From contig OZ024745.1 in NCBI GenBank assembly GCA_964016885.1, forward strand, positions 122,264,001 to 122,328,000: 64,000 nt of DNA, in the 5' to 3' direction. Origin of the DNA: Eledone cirrhosa (Eukaryota). Of this stretch, positions 1 to 12,172 are shown one piece after another. Positions within the stretch are counted from its first letter, which is position 1. Each line of letters opens with the position of its first letter. The position numbers were made by a program, and so were the translations under genes. The notes under the pieces were generated by a model that saw only the letters and a program-made list of their open reading frames with translations, was not told the origin of the DNA and did not search any database.

Positions 1-150
1 TAATAAAATGCCCTTAGCAGAGCACAGAAATGTAGGTAAGCAAGCTACATGCCCCCAGCCCATCTGAAAAGTCAGTAGCCATGCTTCAGTATTGGCTCAA
101 TCTTTGAAGTGCTATCCAACCATTGTTTGTAGGAAAAATGGATGTTAAAT

Positions 151-535
151 AATTGTTTCTATTTTAGGCACAAAGCCAGCAATTACCCAGTACATTACTG
201 GTACTTTACTTTATCGACCCCGTAAGGATGAAAGGCAAAGTTAACCTCAGCGGGATTTGAACTCAGATCATAAAGGGACGTAACTCTATGCGTCAAAGCA
301 TGGCGTCCGACCCTCTACCGATACTGCCAATCCACTAAATAATGATGATAATTGTGTGTTTCTACTTTTGGCACAAGGCCAGCAATCACCCAGTACATTA
401 CTGGTACTTTATTTTATCGACCCCATCAGGATGAAAGGCAAAGTTGACCTCAGTGGGATTTGAACTCAAAATGGAAAGTGCCGTAACTCTATGCGTCAAA
501 GCATGACCTTCTACTGATACTGCCAATCCACCGCC
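151..535 (-). mobile_element. Two head-to-tail copies of SINE-like family A (~185 bp each)
   Basis: Reverse complement of the recurrent unit gtggattggcagtatcggtagagggtcggacgcc...gagttcaaatccc...ctttgcctttcatcc...gataaaataaagtaccag...agaaacaatta; B-box-like GAGTTCAAATCC. Confidence 0.85.
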
Positions 536-716
536 CTTTAATAATGATGATAATGATGATGAATATGTTTATTCCAAAGTTGATTCTTTTTCTTATGACT
601 TCCTGAAGGGATCCAAACTATCACGGTTGTGATTTTTATAGTGAATTTGATGATTTCTATCTGTTTTCATATAGTATGTTACTTAATTGGTATAATCTCT
701 TTGAAGGCTCTTCAGG

Positions 717-1044
717 CTAAAGTTTGTGGAATTGAAAAAGGTACTCAGGGTTGTTGTTGGCAAGAGGGTTAATAATGTTGTGGGTGTCTACCAAGTTAGT
801 TGCCAGATATTGGAGCTTCAATGTATCCGTGCCCAGGGAAGCAAGGCATTCAGAGTATGGTAGATGCCTGATGGAGGGTATTTGCTTGGTTGCACGTCTC
901 CAGACTGGCAATGCAAATTCTAAGTGTGGATGCACCATAGCTATATACAGCTTTAAATAGATAGCTGTGTAGGGGCTGACAAAGGTCTGAAGTTATTTGT
1001 CCTGACACATTATCATGCATCATGCTTTTTCTAATATTGTACAC
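717..1044 (-). mobile_element. Decayed CR1-like LINE, C-terminal RT fragment
   Basis: VHPHLEFALPVW..RRATKQIPSIRHLPYSECLASLG resembles the CR1/L2 ORF2 pattern VRPHLEY..W..RRATK..YEERL..LGL. Confidence 0.7.
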
Positions 1045-1147
1045 TATTGCATACTCAGATAAATAGTAGGTAAAAGTAGTTTAATTATTTATAATTAGTC
1101 ACTTGTTTCTGCTAATGAAAATGAATCTAACCTATTTCCCTTTCCAG

Positions 1148-1162
1148 GTAACTCATTAACAG
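1148..1162 (+). CDS. Candidate 15-nt microexon of host gene, (G)NSLT, phase 1-1
   Basis: ctaac branch point, pyrimidine tract and ccag acceptor; ends cag|gtggca; phase matches exon 1266. Confidence 0.4.
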
Positions 1163-1265
1163 GTGGCAGGCACTAAATCATTGATTAACACAATCACATT
1201 TTGCTAATGAATTGTCTCCCAGTTTTGGGAATCAATTAGTTTTTATTTGTTTAATTTGATTACAG

Positions 1266-1333
1266 GCATATCTTCAGTTACTGATTATAAACATCCAAGT
1301 TGGCCTTTAACCGGCATGTTTGACTTTGAAAAG
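1266..1333 (+). CDS. Host gene exon (G)ISSVTDYKHPSWPLTGMFDFEK, phase 1-0
   Basis: ttacag acceptor, aag|gtaatt donor, open frame, joins exon 4419 in frame. Confidence 0.7.
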
Positions 1334-1687
1334 GTAATTCCTTTCAGACATTGATCTAATCTGCAATATTATTTGTCTCTGTCTATTTCTTTATTATTAT
1401 TATTATTTTTTTTTTTTTTTTCCATTTACTATATATATTCAGACTTACCTGTAAGCTAAATAAGCTATAGTTTAGGGCCACACAAATCAGGGGCCTTGTT
1501 TTTAACACTAAATAATAAAAATTATATATATATATACACAGTTCAAGAGTAACCAATCTTAAAGAGAGAGATGGAGATAGTAGGGGAGAGATTGTTAGTT
1601 AGAAGCCAAAGCGTAAAGGCATGTGCTCAATGTGCAATATGCAGTAGAAAGCAGCTAGGTGGCTGGGTTCATGCAGAAGTTAGGTGC

Positions 1688-1721
<34 letters not shown>

Positions 1722-2548
1722 GCATCTACTGAGTTACATACACACACACATCTACTGAGTTACAAACACACACACACACACACATCTACTGATGAATTTT
1801 AGCAGTGTGAAATATTTTTGAAATTAAGAATTTTAGTAGAAAGTTACGACCTGGGTTAAAGATAGGAGTCACTACCTGGGTTCTAAGACTATTTATTATG
1901 TAGAGGTAAAATAAGCTTCCGGGACCCCTGCTAGAGTTGCGTCCCTTCAGGGTTTACTACGACTAAAATAAGCTTTAAAAGCATGTTTGTCTATTTTTCC
2001 GGGACCGGCTACGTAGCCTATTCCAAAATCATTGTGTACAGTGCTCAGGAAGATATTAATACGTGTAAGTGTTGATAATAATCAGTGTGTAAAATAGAAT
2101 TAATGTTGTAAATCTATTAGGACTTGCTGGTACATGTCAGTAATTATGTAAACAATGAGGACAATGTGTTACACAAATTGTTTTGAAGTACAATGTTATG
2201 AAACTCATTATCTAGAGTTAACTCCCTTATTGCTGTGACGTGGGAAAAGTCTTCTTGGCTGAGTAGTTGCTGTAAATGACAAGAAATAATTCATTCAACT
2301 TTGCTTTTCATCCTTCCAGGGATGATAAAATAAAGCAGCAGTCATATACTGGGGTCGAATTAATCGACTTCCTCCACCTCCCCAAATTGCTGGCCTTGTG
2401 CCTAAATTAGAAATCAATGTTAGCTTAAAATCTAATGGCTTTTCCCCACAGCCATGTAAAATTAAGTGTTATCTCAAGCTATAAATACTCATACGAGATA
2501 GTAGTTCAGTACCTTACTCAATCATTTAATTTCTTTTTTATATATCCC

Positions 2549-2779
2549 TTAACCTCTTCAGTGCCATAGACAAGATAACTCATCCTAACATGTTTGAACT
2601 CATTTCCAACAGTTCATAACTTCAAAGCTAGATGGGGTTACTAGTATATTGATGTGACGTTTGTTAATCATTCAGATATGTGTTGTTAATAAATGTTTGT
2701 TTAAAAAAAATAGTCATTTTACTGAAAGAAAACTTGACACAGCAACTGTGTAAAATATACGCGGCAGTCAACAGGTTAA
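2549..2779. mobile_element. TTAA-flanked MITE family 2 (piggyBac-like); second copy at 24831-24997
   Basis: ttaa-cctct...acagg-ttaa ends; internal sequence shared with 24831-24997. Confidence 0.65.
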
Positions 2780-3066
2780 ATATCAACATTATAACTCAAA
2801 CCTTAGTTATTCCTCATCATGTGTATCCCAGGTTTTTGGAGTTGATGTCATGAAAGATATCTAGCCATAAAGCACTGTCTAAAAAAATCGTATCCAACCC
2901 ATGCCATCATGAAAAACTGGAGGTTGAAACAATGATGATAATAATTATTATTTTATTTATTATTATTCTTTTTTCCTTTGTATGTTAACACTAGCTGAAT
3001 AATCTTGTGCTAGGGTCATTATTTGCAATATTCTTTTAGGGAATGTAGTCTAATTTATTTACATCT

Positions 3067-3381
3067 AGAGCATCGGGCTTACAATTTGGAGGTTGTGAGT
3101 TTGATTCTCAGACCAGGCTTTGCGTTGTATTCTTGAGCAAGACACTTTATTTCACGTTGCTCCAGTTCACTCAGCTGTAGAAATGAGTTGCGACATCACT
3201 TGTGCCAAGCTGTACTGGCCTTTCCCTTGGACAGCACCTGTGGTGTGGAGAGGGGAGACTGTTATGCATGGGTGACTGCTGGTCTTCCACAAACAATCTT
3301 GTCTGGACTTGTGCCTCGGAGGTGTACTTTCTAGGTGCAAATCGCATGGGTTTCATGACTGACGGGGGTCTTTACCCTTTA
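3067..3381 (+). mobile_element. tRNA-derived SINE family B
   Basis: tRNA-like head (ggttgtgagtttgattc) followed by the cttgagcaagacactttatttcac domain, also seen near 6645-6930, 10049-10160, 11722 and 59069. Confidence 0.75.
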
Positions 3382-4418
3382 CCCAATGTTAGGCCTACTT
3401 TCTCTCCACCTTCTCTGACCTTCAGTGTGTCTCACATTCCAGATCTCTCATGAAAAACTTTGACCATTCCTTTCCCCCTTCCAATCCACTGGAATTTCCA
3501 TTCATCCATGCTTTATATGTAAATATTGAGTTAGAAATGTTAACACTGAGCATCAACTACTCCAATCTTACCAGTTTGGCAGGATGATGTAGCAAAGGCC
3601 ATGACTATTTATTTTTTTCCTTTTCTTATAAAAAAAAGAAGCAAATAAAACTACCCATTCCTATTTAATATAGAGAGGTTGATATTAAAACAAGTAATAT
3701 GAGATATCTATCATCATCATTGTTTAATGTCCACTTTCCCTGCTAGTAATGGTTGGATGGGTTTACATAGACCAAGTCAGTACTGAAGCAGGGCTACTGA
3801 TCTTCCAGACAGGCCGACTGGTCAACATCTTGCTCACATACTGTTATACATTCTATCGAGTGCACAGAAGGTGCCATGTCTTTTGACACAAACTGAAAGG
3901 TCCTCCCAACCCCTACTGTAATACAAATTATTTGACTAAGAATTCAATGTTAATTGCCTCTTCTGGTCCAATGATATGAATTTGGTGAAGCTTTTCAGTA
4001 AGTTATAGGCCTATGTAAATGAAAATGCTTGTTGAGTCTCAACTAGACAGCATTGAGGGTACTTTTGAATTTTTCCCACTGACCAATCATTGCCCAGGCC
4101 CTAAACACCCCAGAAATCTATGGATCTCATCACAAAGTTTATATTCTGACTAATGTTTCACCTTCAGTTTTTAGTGTATCAAGCAACATCAGAGACTGTG
4201 TTAAATGTTTTAATAAGTTTCATTAGTACCCTCAATGTTATCACGGACTGTAAATTGTTGTTGCCAAAATGCTATGAAGTGTTAAGTGGTTTTTTTAGAA
4301 CGAAACCAAGGGAGAGAAGTAGTTATAAAAGTAATAAGAATGTTTACAGAAAAGTTTTTAAATTATTTTCTGTAGACATTTAAATTAATTCACATGTATT
4401 TACTTTTATGTTTTGTAG

Positions 4419-4578
4419 ATGAATGAAAACAGCTATGCATCTCTGCCTTCCCCTGTTGCAACTGGCTCTCCAGATTCTGTATTTCTATCTGATAACCCTT
4501 TTGTTCCTAAACCCAATGTGCACTTTGCTAAATCCTCTTCTACATCATGTCTTCCTGCTGCCACAGATGGTTCCAAGG
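4419..4578 (+). CDS. Host gene exon MNENSYASLPSPVATGSPDSVFLSDNPFVPKPNVHFAKSSSTSCLPAATDGSK, phase 0-1
   Basis: ttttgtag acceptor, g|gtaact donor, 160 nt open frame with an in-frame stop just past the donor. Confidence 0.7.
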
Positions 4579-4756
4579 GTAACTGGCAATGATTCTATTG
4601 CTTCAATATTTACTTCTTCATAGCATATACCAAATTATTTTGCAGTTTTACAGCTTTATGAATATTTTTGGTTTAAAAATAAGATATTTTCAAACTTTGT
4701 TGCTTTCCAGGTATCACTAAGCTCACCTGACCCAAATGTTCACTGGTTTATAATTA

Positions 4757-5004
4757 CTGAATATACTCGAATATAAGGCGATCAGAATATAAGCCCCCAT
4801 CCCCAATCCCATCCACACCCCATCCCCACCCATTTTATGGCTGAGAAACAAACAAAAATCCAAACCTCATTTATAAGCCGGGGCAGCTAATTAACACATT
4901 ATGTTTAGAAGGCACATATAAGTCTCCCGCCCTCAACCAATTTTACAATTGATTTTTTGGCGGGAGGGTCACATATTCCTTGGCTTATATTCGAGTATAA
5001 ACGG
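4757..5004. mobile_element. pogo/Tc2-like MITE
   Basis: TIRs tatactcgaatataag / cttatattcgagtata, TA flanks. Confidence 0.65.
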
Positions 5005-5218
5005 TAAATCTTACTTCGTATTGAATTTTATAAGTTTTAAAATTGTTTTGTTTTTTTTTGTAATTTCTATTCATACCTCCAATTAATTCATAATACACAC
5101 TTATAATGTCACTATTTTCCATTAAACAAACAAAAGTATATTTATTAACTCTTTTACTTTCCTTTACCTTGAGTGAATCACCAATGTTGATTCACTATCT
5201 GTGTGATAGATGCAGTAT

Positions 5219-5442
5219 TTAACCCTTTAGCATTTAAACCAGCCATATCCGGCCAGAATTCTCTCACCTCTTTCTGTTAAAACTGGCTGTAACTGGCTGC
5301 TCATATTAGTGTTAAGATATTGTTCTCAAGATAAATAACATCAAAATCTCATACATTCGGTATTATGTGAGATAATTATGTAAGATACAGCCTTTACCAT
5401 GAAAATATGATATATAGAGTAATGTAAATGCCAAAGGGTTAA
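5219..5442. mobile_element. TTAA MITE family 1 (piggyBac-like); other copies at 23574-23783, 26704-26941, 56464-56695, partial at 32530-32618 and 52645-52834
   Basis: ttaa-ccctttagcattta...taaatgc(t/c)aaaggg-ttaa TIRs and TTAA flanks, ~220 bp, multiple copies. Confidence 0.85.
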
Positions 5443-5647
5443 AGACCTTGATATTTATTGTACAATAATAATTTATGAGGAAATAATAACTGTTCTGTCA
5501 GTCCTTCTACCAGTCCTATCGTTCTTTAGTACTGTTAATATTCAAGAACATTGCTACATGGGCACTTTGTCTTATCAACTCTACTATATCATTATGTGTT
5601 TTCATTATACCTCCTCAATAAAGATTGTGGATTAACAGTGTTGGTAA

Positions 5648-6032
5648 TTTAGGTGTCATGATAAAAAGCACTCAGCCCACACTGTAAAGTGGTCGTGTAG
5701 GTGTCACGACAAAAACACCCAGCCCACACTGTAAAGTGGTCATGTAGGTGTCACAACAAAAAGCACCCAGCACACATTGTAAAGTGGTTGTGTAGTAGAC
5801 ACGGTAAAACGCACCCAGCCCACACTGTAAAGTTCTCGTGTAGGAGACACGACAAAAAGCACCTAGCACACACTGTAAATGTGGCTGGCGTTAGGACAGT
5901 CATCTAGCTGTAAAAACCTAGCCAGAAACAGTCCTATATGAGCAAGGCATGGTCTCTCGACCCAACTTGCCTCTAATGAGACAAATCCGTCTAACTCATG
6001 CTAGCATGGAAAATAGACGTTAAATGATGATA
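5648..6032 (+). mobile_element. RTE 3'UTR-derived element with ~5 copies of a 47-48 bp internal repeat
   Basis: gtaggtgtcacgacaaaaagcacccagcccacactgtaaagtgg repeats followed by a catgctagcatgga...gacgttaaatgatgat tail shared with the RTE at 52931. Confidence 0.75.
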
Positions 6033-6388
6033 ATTTATATATATTTCACATTTTATCATGGTCAACTTTACCTTTGATTGTAAAGGGATTGATAAAATAA
6101 AGTACCAGTCCTATACTTGGGTGGATGTATGCAACTTTTCCCTCCACATAAACTGTTGACCTTGTGCCTAAATATAGTAAATTTTGTGTCAACACAGACA
6201 GCATAGCTGTTTTGATAAAGTAATCCTATATATTTCCTATTTAGATTAATTCAAGTTTACTGTTATCAATGTTCAGCTCACTGTTTCATGAAACAGTACA
6301 CTACTAACTTATACAGCTTTGTGTGCAAATGAGGTTAATCAGCCCATTTACACAGATGAAAAAACTATATATTTTCACCTGTTTGAAA

Positions 6389-6468
6389 GTCCAGCAGTAG
6401 CGAAGGGGAAGCATTATCCTGATGAGAAACATTAAGTTCGAAATGCATCCCCCTTGTTTCTGCTGGAC
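6389..6468 (+). ncRNA. Hammerhead ribozyme core inside a short fold-back (stem I displaced)
   Basis: CTGATGA(6419-6425)-gaa..ttc-GAAA-tgca-TC; enclosed by gtccagcag...ctgctggac inverted repeat. Confidence 0.45.
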
Positions 6469-7112
6469 ACCGCTTGGCAGCACTGACCACCAGCCTACTA
6501 TCCATAGCTGTGGGTTTCAAAATGTTTATTTATAAACATACCGTATATCTTTAGATACACAAAATTCACATACAACTTTACATTATAATCTGCACATATA
6601 AACACTATTAGTCATTGGTATTATAATAGTCATTAGTATGTGCGTTGTTTAGTGGTTAGGGTGCTGGATTCATGATCATAGGGATGTGAGTTTGATTCTT
6701 GAGCCGAACGATGTGTTGTGTTGTGTCCTTGAGCAAGACACATTATTTCATGTTGATACAGGCCACTCAGCTGGCAAAAGAGAGATGTATCTGTAATTCA
6801 AGGAGCCACAGTGTCATGCTGAATCTTCCTGAGAATTACATTAAGGATGTGGACATCTCAGTCACTTGCATGTTAGTTTCATGAGTTGGTTGTTCCATGA
6901 ATTGAAACAAGTGAAGCACTTGTTGGAAACTACAAAGGTCCAGTGTAGGATACATAAAATCAAGTCAATTTGGAAAAGTAAAATTTAATTATCATTTATA
7001 AAACCTACATAGATATAACTTATGTCAAATATAAAAAGTTGATATCTGCATCTGTAAGTTAAATGAACTGAACTTTTGATATTTTGGTAATCTTTCAATT
7101 GAATGTTTTTAC

Positions 7113-7533
7113 TTAACCCTTTAGCATTTAAACCAGCTGTACCTGGCTACAATTCTCTCACCATTTTCTGTTTAACCCTTTAGCATTTACATTACTCTAT
7201 ATTTACTATTATATTTTCATGGTAAAGACTTTACTTCACATAATTATCTCACATAATTTTGATATTATTTATTTTGAGAACAATACCTTAACATCAGTAT
7301 GAGTGGCTGCTTATGGCTGGTTTGAACAGAAAGAGGTGAGAGAATTCTGGCCAGATATGGCCGGTTTAAATGCTAAAGGGTTAAACCAGCCACTCATACC
7401 GACATTAGGGTATTGTCTTCAAAATAAATATCAAAATCTTGTACATTTGATATTATGTGAGATATAATTATGTGGGATAAAGTCTTTCCTGCGAAAATAC
7501 AATACTAGAATAATCTAAATGCTGAAGGGTTAA
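7113..7533. mobile_element. TTAA MITE family 1 with an inverted copy of the same family nested at 7172-7384
   Basis: Inner copy bounded by duplicated TTAA; the outer halves rejoin into a normal copy. Confidence 0.85.
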
Positions 7534-7878
7534 GCCATTGTCTTTTGCTGTTACAATGGAAATATTTTTGTCTTACTTTTCATCCTCCTTTTACTTGCTT
7601 CATATTTTTCACATTCTAACATGCCACCACTTTTTTTTTTGTTTTGTTTTCAAACCAAATTACAATATGAAAATATTAAAACAAAACTGTCTGTTGGTAG
7701 TAGTAGTAGTGGTGGTGGTTGTAGTGAAAGTAGTAGTGGTTATAGTGAATAATTTAATCTTTGATTTTTGTTAAATGAATGAATGAATATGCCAAGAAAT
7801 AATACTTTTTTTTTCCTTTCATCTATTTTTCATGTTATTTCTAAACATCCAATAACTCTTCATATATTTAACTTTCAG

Positions 7879-7912
7879 GGGTATTATCACAGATGAAAAG
7901 ACCAAACAAACA
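7879..7912 (+). CDS. Host gene exon (G)VLSQMKRPNK, phase 1-2
   Basis: actttcag acceptor, ca|gtatgt donor; phases match exons 4419-4578 and 27450. Confidence 0.65.
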
Positions 7913-8929
7913 GTATGTATTTTTCATTCACTGCATGCATCATTATTTTCTTAATTTATTTATCCATTCATTTGGAAAAAAGTTTGTATGCAAGAACGAA
8001 TATTTGCTTTCTAGAAATGTCCTTCTTTTCTTATTTCTACACTTACATAAGAAGTATTCATGCATATACATCTGGTGGTATGATTTAAAGTAGATATATT
8101 CAAGCAATTTTTCATCTCTGGCCATTATTTTTCTACTTACCTACCCTTGTTTTGCACACACTCTCCCATTAGTTCTTTTTACAAATTCTATCCTCCAGCA
8201 CATTTAATGATGAGATTTTATTTCATCAAGGATAAGATTGTTTGGTTTGCACTAACTTAATTTTTCACTTAGTTTAACTTTACAAACCTTTGGCATGGCT
8301 ATTTCTCTCTACTTCAAAGGAAACACACAAAACAGTAACCTCTCTCACCCCCAAAACAATGCATAATAAACAGATTTTAGTAAATTTGAAAAGCTTTTCT
8401 TCCATTCTATAACCACCAAAATGTTGGTACTATTAGGATCTTTTCCTTAATATATTAAGATAAAAATTTCAAGCAATTTAACTAGAAGGTATTATATTTA
8501 TTGAGGACTGATTTGTCCAATAAATTTATTTGAAGGAAATACAAATTTAAATACGTTCAAATATTTGAAAGCCTTACAATGTATGCGAGATTAAAAGTGC
8601 CAAGGTAATAGGAGTTATAGAGGAAAGAGTGAGGACGATAGAATTTTACCTTAGCAAATTTATTTATCTCAAATATTTTCGAGTTTAAAAACCCATTCTT
8701 AAGAGAGGGTCTGTGTGTAGGTGTTCAAAGAGCAATCGGGGGTGAATTGTTGTTTAGTTGGCAGATTTAATTTGTAGGGTTTTAGGGTGATTGTAATGAG
8801 TGAGAATAGATGCTCAATGCAACTGACATTGCTATAATACATTTCTGAACTGCTAGGACACTTAGCATCATTCAAATTCAATGTTGCATATATAATATAG
8901 GAATCTAATGAAATATAATAGTTCCATGT

Positions 8930-9150
8930 TGTTGGAGGAGACTGAGGTTAGCTGGACATACTCATTGACATTCAGAGTTCACACTGCACTCAGTGGTCCT
9001 GTGGGAGCCTCTACACGGCCACATTAGAAGATTACCTAGGATAACATATATTGATGCCCTAAGAACAGACACTGGTCTCTGGCAGATGCAGGGCATGGTG
9101 GCGATGATGAAGGACTGAGACCACTGGAGAGAACTCGTCCATGGATCTTG
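8930..9150 (+). mobile_element. Old RTE-like LINE 3' fragment
   Basis: Translates VVLWEPLHGHIRRLPRITYIDALRTDTGL, like RTE C-termini. Confidence 0.5.
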
Positions 9151-10275
9151 GGAATTTTACCCACCCTAGATATAGAGATATTGTCAGAGGAATATTAAAT
9201 TTAGATTTCTGAGATGGTGGATTTTTTATTACTTTATCAATTCTTCTCATTGATGTTTGTTTTTTCCTTTCATTAACTTTTTATTATCAAGTTGTGAAGG
9301 AAAGACATTACACCATTCTTATATCACATACAGATACACATAAATGTTTTTATATGAAAATAAATGCAGAAAAATATTTATTTAAGAGTAATCGAGAAGT
9401 ATTTATAGATTTATGTTTGTGGGTGTTCTTATTCTGTAAATTTGTGTATTTAAATACACTAAACATGCATTGAATGAAATTCTCAATACTATTTGCCGAG
9501 TTGAATATTTATTATTACTAATAACTGATTACTCATAAGTTTCATCTACATAGTGTTTAGTGAGATGAACTATTCCTTTTATATATATAATTATATTATA
9601 GAGTAAAATGACAGGAGGTTGGACAGGTGGGATTCCTTCTATTATTTATTTCTGCAAACACTATGCACATTTCAGTGGCCAGGTTATGTATGAACCTGGT
9701 GATATCATCAGGTGTATATTGCATAATAGTTGTATATAAAAGGAATGATGGTAAACATATTCCAAGAGTCTTTAAGGAAAAAAGCAGAGAAGAAAAAGAT
9801 GTTTTTTTTTGTTTTTGACTCAAATGCAATCATGGTAGTCTGTTGTTATCAGTTTGGCTGATACCACCAGCAGGATTTAGCATCAAAGATGGATGAGTTG
9901 CATAACGTTGAGTGATTTCCTACTATTACATCATGGTTAACATTGCAGAATGACCAATTCTATCCAGTGGTGAACCACCAAATTTAAACATGTATATATA
10001 TGCAAGCAGGGAAAAGTGGACGTAACATGATGATGATGATGATGATATAGGCGCCTGGCTGAGTGGTTAGAGAGTTTGATTTGAAATCGTGAGGTTGTGA
10101 GTTTGATTCCCTGACCGGGTGATGCATTATGTCCTTGAACAAGACACTTTTTCATGTTGCTCCTTCTACCAGGAGTTGTGACCAATAGATAGTATTAACA
10201 ATTGGAAAGACCAATGGAAACATTGTTTCCTCGGTCCGATTTGACGAAAGTCGATGCACTATCTATATCTATATA

Positions 10276-10627
10276 TCTTAATCTTAGATTCTTCCGTGCC
10301 GTTCGGCACATCGAGCAGTAGGTACTCGCCAACGGTCACGATCAGGGCCAACTTTTTCGAGACCATGTCAGGTGATGTTGGCTGCCATCAGGTCCTTCCA
10401 GAACGTTCGACGTCAGGTGATCCTTTGGGCAGCTCCGCCTCTGTATACCACCAGATCTTTACACTACGCAACATTCTCGAACAATGCGTTGAGCTACAAC
10501 AGCCTTTGGCGGTCAATTTTATTGATTTCCAGAAGGCATTCGACAGTGTACACCGGGAGTCACTGTGGAATGTTGCGCAACTGTACGGCATTCCTGCAAG
10601 ATTCATCGCCATTTTCAAGGCCCTGTA
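10276..10627. mobile_element. RTE-clade LINE fragment with inversion (3' end on -, RT piece on +)
   Basis: + 10450-10627 encodes QIFTLRNILEQC...FIDFQKAFDSVHRESLW..YGIP; - 10276-10435 encodes RRTFWKDL...DRDRWR C-terminus. Confidence 0.75.
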
Positions 10628-10675
10628 TAGATATAGATATATATATCTATATAGATATATATATATATCTATACT

Positions 10676-10709
<34 letters not shown>

Positions 10710-10769
10710 GTAATTTGGTATCAGTTAAATTCCTGTAACCAGTGCAGCCAGTCTAGATAGCAGTCGCCA

Positions 10770-11040
10770 CTTGTTTCTATCCTGTCATACATAGAAGAGT
10801 TATGGTGTTGTGACCTGTCCCATCCTTGATGTTGTCAGATCAGGACTTTCTTTGTCTGCCTCTACTTCTCCCTCACCCCACAACTGTGCCCCTGGAGGAT
10901 GGTTTTAGATAGAGAGCCATGGTGTGATACTTGTTTGTATGAGGCAAGCTTTTGCCTTTTTACTATCACAATCAGTAGTTCCTGTCTGCCAGCATATTTT
11001 GTATAGGGAAGATGTAATAGGTCGATGTAGTGAACATAGG
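10770..11040 (-). mobile_element. Decayed RTE-like 3' fragment
   Basis: IVKRQKLASYKQVSHHGSLSKTILQG resembles VKRRKLxWYGHVxRxxSLSKTILQG. Confidence 0.6.
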
Positions 11041-11305
11041 CATGAAAGGAGAAGGAAAGAAAGCTTTGGATATAGATAGGAGAAAACAAAAAAGAGGACA
11101 ACCTGTCTAACCCATGCTAGCATAGAAAATAGATGTCAAACGATGATAATGTATGTATATATATCACATAAGAAACGGAGAATCAGTGTTGTGACGAATA
11201 AAATGTATTAGACATATTACATTCATTTCTCTGGCGACCAGCTTGAGATGCGATCGATGTAATGATCGAACCCGACTGCCGCTTACGGACACTTTACGCA
11301 CCAAT

Positions 11306-11337
<32 letters not shown>

Positions 11338-11427
11338 ACACTGGAGGGTTATATCCGTAGTAGTAGAGCACTCGGTCCATGGGACGAGTTTGGTAGAAGT
11401 AGTTCCACAACAGTTAGTTCACCATTT

Positions 11428-11468
11428 CTGAGAACAATTGTTTCACCTTATTCGGATCATCAGCTCGG
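11428..11468 (-). ncRNA. Minimal type I hammerhead motif within a (TA)n-flanked element (11332-11688)
   Basis: Minus strand: ccgag-CTGATGA-tcc.gaataa.ggt-GAAAC-aatt-GTT-ctcag; one mismatch each in stems I and II. Confidence 0.55.
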
Positions 11469-11688
11469 TTTAAATGTGATTGTACGGAAAAGGAAAAACA
11501 ATTGTATGAATATGCAGGTGGGTGGCACGAGTCTTTGTGTATGTAATTTAGTTTTTCATTTAGTTTATGGAAAAGTCTAAAGTGTGTGTGTGTGTGTGAA
11601 GATCTAAATTTATGTCCAATTAATCTACGTTAGTAAGGTTAGTAGCTACTGTTATCCTAAGTCCTAACTCATTAAAAGTAGTAATTAA

Positions 11689-11721
<33 letters not shown>

Positions 11722-11910
11722 CAAGACACTTTATTTCAGATTGCTCCAGTTTATTCTGCTGTAGAAATGAGAGGATAGGACTGGGGTCCCTATCATTCCA
11801 CTGTAAAGTGGACGTGTAGGCGCCACGGAATAGGAAAATGTTTGACCCCGACGGCAGAGCTCAAGCCGTTTCGACAGTCAAACATTTTCCTATATATATA
11901 TATATATACA

Positions 11911-12082
11911 CAGATAAAATTCCATTATAATGAATACCATTATAATGAATTTTTACAGTATAATGAAATTTATTTCAATCCCGGCCACAAACTTGTGTTA
12001 GACTGATCTCGTTATAAAGAATTTTTCATCACAACAAATTTATTTTTATACCCCATGAATTTCGTTATAACAGAATTTCACT
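11911..12082. mobile_element. pogo/Tigger-like MITE; second copy at 33803-33970
   Basis: Imperfect TIRs cag.taaaattccattataatgaa / ttcgttataacagaatttcact in TA-rich context. Confidence 0.6.
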
Positions 12083-12129
12083 AATATATATAGTGCACCC
12101 GAGCACTATACACAATAATTTCATTATTA

Positions 12130-12172
<43 letters not shown>

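Noticed and set aside
1789-1820. CTGATGA...GAAAT
   Set aside because: No stem II or stem I pairing; likely chance
4700-4730. tttccag|gtatca as exon or recursive splice site
   Set aside because: The required phase gives a stop after six codons and the donor is weak; no further support
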